From a virus: a DNA stretch of 64,000 nucleotides. Where the stretch lies: positions 52,878 to 116,877 of IMG/VR virus record IMGVR_UViG_3300025636_000001. One strand, given 5' to 3'. Under the pieces are notes generated by a model, which did no database searches, had not been told where the DNA came from, and saw nothing but the letters and a program-made list of their open reading frames with translations. The translations under genes and the position numbers were made by a program. Within the stretch, counting starts at the first letter, position 1. Each line of letters opens with the position of its first letter. Shown piece by piece: positions 59,367 to 64,000 of the stretch.

Positions 59367-59601
59367 AAGATTTGGTATAGTTAATCAAGAAGTTTTAAAA
59401 GATCCTGAATTAAGTCTTCAAGCTAAAGGTTTATATAGTTTTCTATGTACATATGCAGATAAAAATAGAGAGTGTTTTCCATCAAGGAACACTATAGCAG
59501 ATCACTGCAATATATCTGTAACATATGTTGGAATACTAATTAAACAGTTAAAAAAAGCTGGATATTTAAAAAGGGATGGTAGAATAATAACATTAAAATA
59601 A
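59353..59601 (+). CDS. Helix-turn-helix protein (replication-initiator N-terminal type)
   Basis: DPELSLQAKGLY..L..YA.....CFPS..TIA....IS...V...IKQL..AGYL. Confidence 0.8.
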   Translation: MSNIKRFGIVNQEVLKDPELSLQAKGLYSFLCTYADKNRECFPSRNTIADHCNISVTYVGILIKQLKKAGYLKRDGRIITLK

Positions 59602-59713
59602 TATACTTAGCTATATACTGCTAATTATATTTAGAATTGAGACCTTAAGATGGCTATTATATTTTCACAATATAATTAATATATCTAAATTTACAACAAT
59701 AGTTGTAAATAAA

Positions 59714-59995
59714 ATGATATATCAATTACCAAACGGACGTATAATAGAAATTTCTGTAGAGCAGTATTTAGAATTAACTGACACAGATATTAAAGATCTT
59801 AATGGGCTTAGCTCGTCATACAGTCTTGAATGTAATAATCCATTTTATAATTTATTTGCAGGATCAAAAGTACAACAAAAAATAGGAGAAGAATTGGAAT
59901 CAGATGATGAATTTGAACCAGATCTCTTTGATGTTATAACAACTGATCCAAATGATAGATTATCAGATGATTATTTTCATTCAGATGACATATAA
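59714..59995 (+). CDS. Acidic hypothetical protein
   Basis: MIYQLPNGRII.ISVEQYL.LTD; acidic tail. Confidence 0.6.
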   Translation: MIYQLPNGRIIEISVEQYLELTDTDIKDLNGLSSSYSLECNNPFYNLFAGSKVQQKIGEELESDDEFEPDLFDVITTDPNDRLSDDYFHSDDI

Positions 59996-60019
59996 GTTAA
60001 ACAATTAAATTTTTAAAAA

Positions 60020-60631
60020 ATGCAAAACAAAGTTCAAATTAACCCAGATGAAATGGGTAACGTAATCCGTGTGTCTAAAAATAACTCAGAATTTGGTCAC
60101 GTTAGACTAACACAAGAAAGAGTATCATTTGGTAATACAGGTTGGGTAAACCGTAAACAACTAAGTACATTATTACATGGTAAAGTAGAAGACTTAAGAG
60201 AAATGGGTATTCACAATATGAAAGATTTACCAGGTAAAATTGTAGTGCGTGAATCATTAGAACCATTTAGTTCAACTGATCCTGATCGTGATCTTAAGAT
60301 TGCTGGAGAAACAGGTATTATTTGTTGTCAAGATGGGCAACCTATTTATAGGAAAACAATGTACGTTGCTGATGTAACAGCTGAAGACGTACTTGTAGCA
60401 CACAATAATGGTGATGCAATCCGTGAAGCAAACGGTACTGAATCTAAATTAGCTTCTTTTAATAAGCCACAAACAAATAATGTGACACCATCTGAAGCCT
60501 TTGATATAGAAACAGAAGCAGAAGAAGTTGTATCAGAAGATAATCAAATTGATTTAGAAGATTCAATTGCTGAAGTTAATGCAGAAGCAGAATTAGAAGT
60601 AGTGGAAGATGACACTGCTTTTGAATTATAA
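60020..60631 (+). CDS. Putative single-stranded DNA-binding protein
   Basis: Beta-rich N-terminal domain, long acidic tail ending in hydrophobic FEL, followed by a terminator. Confidence 0.45.
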   Translation: MQNKVQINPDEMGNVIRVSKNNSEFGHVRLTQERVSFGNTGWVNRKQLSTLLHGKVEDLREMGIHNMKDLPGKIVVRESLEPFSSTDPDRDLKIAGETGIICCQDGQPIYRKTMYVADVTAEDVLVAHNNGDAIREANGTESKLASFNKPQTNNVTPSEAFDIETEAEEVVSEDNQIDLEDSIAEVNAEAELEVVEDDTAFEL

Positions 60632-60661
60632 TAGTACTTATTAAATAAATCTTTTATTTAG

Positions 60662-60694
60662 GAGGGTTGGTAGAAATACTAACCCTCTTTTTTT
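60662..60694 (+). terminator. Intrinsic terminator
   Basis: GAGGGTTGGTA-GAAA-TACTAACCCTC-T7. Confidence 0.8.
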
Positions 60695-60723
60695 ATTACT
60701 CACCTTTATATATACTTTAAAAC

Positions 60724-61236
60724 ATGTTAACAAATGAACAAAAACAGATCCTTAAGCTTGAGAAGCAAATTCAAGAATTACAAGCCCGTAAAGAAAGATA
60801 TGAATACTTAGGAATATTAAGTGAATATCAAATTCAACCTGAGATTATAGCACAAAGGTTAGATTACACAAAACTTAACCCACAACAACACTTTCTATTT
60901 AAGAGAGTGCTACATGGTTTAAATGTTTATAGTCCTGCAGAGCAGGCTAAACTTCACTGGGATAAGAAAAGAAGAATCAAAAAAGTATGGCAGCGTGGAC
61001 AAAGAGAGGTAAATGCTTGGAAACAAGTGATTACAGCTAAGAAAATTCAAACTATTTTTAGTATCTTTACAAACACACAGTTTGGTAGAGATTTAAATTC
61101 CATACCTGTTGATGAGATTGATCCTAATTACATTAATACTGTAAGTTTAAAAGATCTAAATATCAAATATGAAGATTTGATTTTATTTTATATGAAGAAA
61201 GGCTTATTGCCTAAAAACTTTTTAACTGTCAAATGA
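60724..61236 (+). CDS. Hypothetical protein
   Basis: 170-aa ORF ending GLLPKNF. Confidence 0.6.
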   Translation: MLTNEQKQILKLEKQIQELQARKERYEYLGILSEYQIQPEIIAQRLDYTKLNPQQHFLFKRVLHGLNVYSPAEQAKLHWDKKRRIKKVWQRGQREVNAWKQVITAKKIQTIFSIFTNTQFGRDLNSIPVDEIDPNYINTVSLKDLNIKYEDLILFYMKKGLLPKNFLTVK

Positions 61237-61637
61237 TTGAGAAAAAGAAAAAGCTATGCAATAATTGCAATACTGAGCAGTTTATCTGGAAAAATGATAA
61301 AGGTAGCCGGTATTGCAAGAATTGCTGGTATAAATCAAAAGAGAAAGATAGTAAACCACTTCAAAAGAAACCTATTAATAGGAAATCTAAAAAGATGGCT
61401 ATACTTGATTCTGCTTACACTAAACTTAGAAGAAAGTTTATGGAGGAAAATCCAATGTGTCAAGCAGCACTACCAGGCTGTAATCATAATTCAACTGATG
61501 TACATCATAAAAAAGGCAGAGGTGTTAATTACTTAAAAGTCAGCACTTGGTTATCCGTATGTAGGCAATGTCATACATATATAGAAGAGCATCCAAAAGA
61601 AGCTAAAGAATTAGGATTTTCAGAAGATAGATATTAA
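61233..61637 (+). CDS. Zn-finger plus HNH-like nuclease
   Basis: C..C...C..C, then C....C....DVHHK.GR...VCRQCH..I..HP. Confidence 0.75.
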   Translation: MIEKKKKLCNNCNTEQFIWKNDKGSRYCKNCWYKSKEKDSKPLQKKPINRKSKKMAILDSAYTKLRRKFMEENPMCQAALPGCNHNSTDVHHKKGRGVNYLKVSTWLSVCRQCHTYIEEHPKEAKELGFSEDRY

Positions 61638-61647
61638 ACTTAAAAAG

Positions 61648-61953
61648 ATGATACCAGGGGTACAACCTAAATTACTATTAAATTTAGATACAGGAGAACC
61701 TAAATACAGGTTAATTAGAGAAAGAGACAAGCTAGTAAAAGAATCAGCTAGGATATTATGGTTAGAGTGGAATGAGGATGGTACATTCAAAGATAATTTT
61801 GAAGAACCAGCCGTAGGTCGTTCATTAATTATGTCTCCATTCAATGATTTCTTTACTTGGCAGACTACAACAGTAACAGAGATTGTAGAGCAAAGAGAAG
61901 ACTACATAAAGTTTAAGACAGAGAATAGTAACTACGAATTATTTAATATATAA
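61648..61953 (+). CDS. Hypothetical protein
   Basis: WQTT.VTEI...FKT.NS.YEL. Confidence 0.6.
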   Translation: MIPGVQPKLLLNLDTGEPKYRLIRERDKLVKESARILWLEWNEDGTFKDNFEEPAVGRSLIMSPFNDFFTWQTTTVTEIVEQREDYIKFKTENSNYELFNI

Positions 61954-61961
61954 AAACAGAT

Positions 61962-62462
61962 ATGATGTGGAAAATTAAAAGATTAATATATAGATTAAAA
62001 CGAGTTATAGAATTCATTCCTGTAATATGGAAAGGGTATGATTTTGATTACGGTTCATCCATAGAACTGTTTAAATATCAGCTAAAACGAACAGCTAAAT
62101 ACTTAGAATCAGATAAAGCTTATACTGTAGAAGCAAAAACAAATGCTACTAGAATATGGACTGCTGTTGAATTGATGGAGAAAGTATATGATGAAGAGTA
62201 TATTACGGAGTATATAGATATCATTGAGAAACTTTATGGTAAAACTCATTATGAATTTGTTGAGTTAGAAGATAAAGATGAAAAAGGTGATCCATTTTAT
62301 GAAATGAAAATATGGAATGATTTCGCAGTAGATGAAACTCATCAGAAAGTAATTGATGAAGTAAGACATCAAATGTTCTTATTAGGTAAAGATAAACAAA
62401 AACGTGCTCATAAGTTACTTTGGGATTATATAGAACACAACATTCAAAATTGGTGGGATTAA
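61962..62462 (+). CDS. Hypothetical protein ending WWD
   Basis: PVIWK..DFD...NIQNWWD. Confidence 0.65.
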   Translation: MMWKIKRLIYRLKRVIEFIPVIWKGYDFDYGSSIELFKYQLKRTAKYLESDKAYTVEAKTNATRIWTAVELMEKVYDEEYITEYIDIIEKLYGKTHYEFVELEDKDEKGDPFYEMKIWNDFAVDETHQKVIDEVRHQMFLLGKDKQKRAHKLLWDYIEHNIQNWWD

Positions 62463-62464
62463 GT

Positions 62465-62794
62465 ATGTTTGAAAATATATTAAAGGGATTACAAAAAGAT
62501 CTAGTAGGTTTAGATTTTGTTTACAAAAGCAAATACGGTGGTGAAGTAAAAGGAACTGTTAAAGGAGTTTCAATCACACATCAACTTAATGCTGATAAAG
62601 AAACTAATCGAAAAATGTTAGTAGGTTTAAGTAAAAGAACCTCTAAAATACAAATAACTGAAGAGGATGAAATTGAACTAACACCTGATTTTAAATGGTC
62701 TGGTTGGAGTTTTGAAATAATGATTACTTCCGAGAATGGAATTTCATACAATATGAAGAAAGATAACATATATTTTATAAATAAAGATGAATAA
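62465..62794 (+). CDS. Hypothetical protein (start MFENI)
   Basis: ATG immediately after the upstream stop. Confidence 0.55.
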   Translation: MFENILKGLQKDLVGLDFVYKSKYGGEVKGTVKGVSITHQLNADKETNRKMLVGLSKRTSKIQITEEDEIELTPDFKWSGWSFEIMITSENGISYNMKKDNIYFINKDE

Positions 62795-62975
62795 ATGAAA
62801 AATAGTTAAACCCAAATTTATGATGTTCGGTCATATCCATAACAATGAAGATATAATAAATGTAGGTATTAGAAAGGTCTATGGTTTAGATACTATATTC
62901 TCAAACGGTTCTGTGGTTACTGATAGAAAATTTGGTAAATTAACAAGTAACGGAAATATATTCGAATTAGTATAA
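62795..62975 (+). pseudogene. C-terminal remnant of a metallophosphoesterase
   Basis: VKPKFMMFGHIHNN...FSNGSVV...; N-terminal motifs absent, and the ATG at 62795 is out of frame by one base. Confidence 0.6.
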
Positions 62976-63005
62976 TAAAAATAATAACTTATAAAAATAA
63001 TTAAA

Positions 63006-63299
63006 ATGGCAAAATTTAAAGTAATTGATGAGGCGTGTATTAAATACCAAATGACAACCTGGCAAGGTGAAATTGAAATCAATGGAGAAACAATCCTATA
63101 TCGATACTCTGAAGATGATAACGGTGCAGGGTTATATGTATATAATGAAGCAGATGGATGGAACAGAGTTGAAGCAGATGATAACGAAAACTACGCTATA
63201 TTGTATGCTGCTATCGGTGAGTGGGGAAATCCAGAAGAATTTGGAGCAAAGGGTGAAGAAGTTGAAATTGATGATACAATCGTCGAAGATTATATATAA
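63006..63299 (+). CDS. Acidic hypothetical protein
   Basis: 97-aa ORF. Confidence 0.55.
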   Translation: MAKFKVIDEACIKYQMTTWQGEIEINGETILYRYSEDDNGAGLYVYNEADGWNRVEADDNENYAILYAAIGEWGNPEEFGAKGEEVEIDDTIVEDYI

Positions 63300-63302
63300 G
63301 TA

Positions 63303-63821
63303 TTGGAGGAACAAAGTAAAACACTTGTATTAGATTCTAGCCATACACCTCGTGGAATTATAACTAGCCTAAGAGCTTTTACTATAGTTTATAAAGGAAA
63401 TGCAGATGTAGTTCATGAACATAAAGAATCATTTAAACTATGCAATCCAGAACTTATAATAAAAAAGCCTTCTATTATTAGAGTTCCTAAATATGTTTAT
63501 ACTAAGAATCACAAAGTTCCAATGACTAGGAAAAACATATACCGTAGAGATGGAAACACATGTGTTTATTGTGGTGAAAAAATGCACAAGGAATTAACAC
63601 TAGATCATGTAATTCCTAGATGTAGAGGTGGTCAAAATACTTGGGAAAATTTAGTAACAGCCTGTAAAGACTGTAATAACGAAAAGGGTGATATTAGTTT
63701 TGAAGAGTACTGTATTTCAATAGGTAAAGATATAAAATATCCTAAGAAACCACATCATTTAATGTTATTAAGTAATATTAAAGGAACTCCAGAAGAGTGG
63801 AAAATATATTTAAATTATTAA
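63303..63821 (+). CDS. HNH endonuclease
   Basis: RD..TCVYCG...LTLDHVIPR.RGG..TWENLVTACK.CN..KG. Confidence 0.9.
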   Translation: MEEQSKTLVLDSSHTPRGIITSLRAFTIVYKGNADVVHEHKESFKLCNPELIIKKPSIIRVPKYVYTKNHKVPMTRKNIYRRDGNTCVYCGEKMHKELTLDHVIPRCRGGQNTWENLVTACKDCNNEKGDISFEEYCISIGKDIKYPKKPHHLMLLSNIKGTPEEWKIYLNY

Positions 63822-63879
63822 TATTAAATTGAAACAAACGAATTTTAAAACATATAAATACTATTAAATAAATAAAATT

Positions 63880-64000
63880 ATGAAAATATTATACTTTAGT
63901 GCAGCATGGTGTGGACCTTGTAGATCATTAGCTCCAATCATGGAAAGCCTAGCAGATAAAATCGAATATGAAAAGATAGATGTAGATGCAAATCAAGATT
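63880..64000 (+). CDS. Thioredoxin (truncated by window)
   Basis: MKILYFSAAWCGPCRSLAP...KIDVD. Confidence 0.9.
   Translation, partial: MKILYFSAAWCGPCRSLAPIMESLADKIEYEKIDVDANQD

Noticed and set aside
1-64000. Stop-codon reassignment as in some crAss-like phages
   Set aside because: Genes are full length and tightly packed under the standard code.

Overview
A 64 kb segment of an AT-rich, crAss-like (Crassvirales-related) tailed phage, probably infecting Bacteroidota (TAnnTTTG promoter boxes, A-rich starts without Shine-Dalgarno sequences). Bases 1-54083 are a single minus-strand late block. In transcription order it holds an amidase endolysin, HU-like and PD-(D/E)XK genes, GroES, terminase, portal, scaffold, major capsid, neck/tail proteins, an S74-chaperone tail fibre, Cys-rich FN3/vWA proteins, a muzzle/stabilisation protein, four large capsid-cargo candidates and a giant ORF running off the left edge. 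A strand switch with C-tracts lies near 54.3-54.45 kb, followed by plus-strand small early/middle genes. The most interesting observations are: modular cargo proteins punctuated by a recurring xxGG/LPKAQxG motif, one carrying a polymorphic-toxin-like cassette plus several cell-wall hydrolase domains; a helix-clamped insert in the giant protein; a compact kissing-loop RNA candidate at 54141-54260; and a duplicated first early gene with a repeated upstream motif. All family assignments come from motif recognition and gene order, not database searches.
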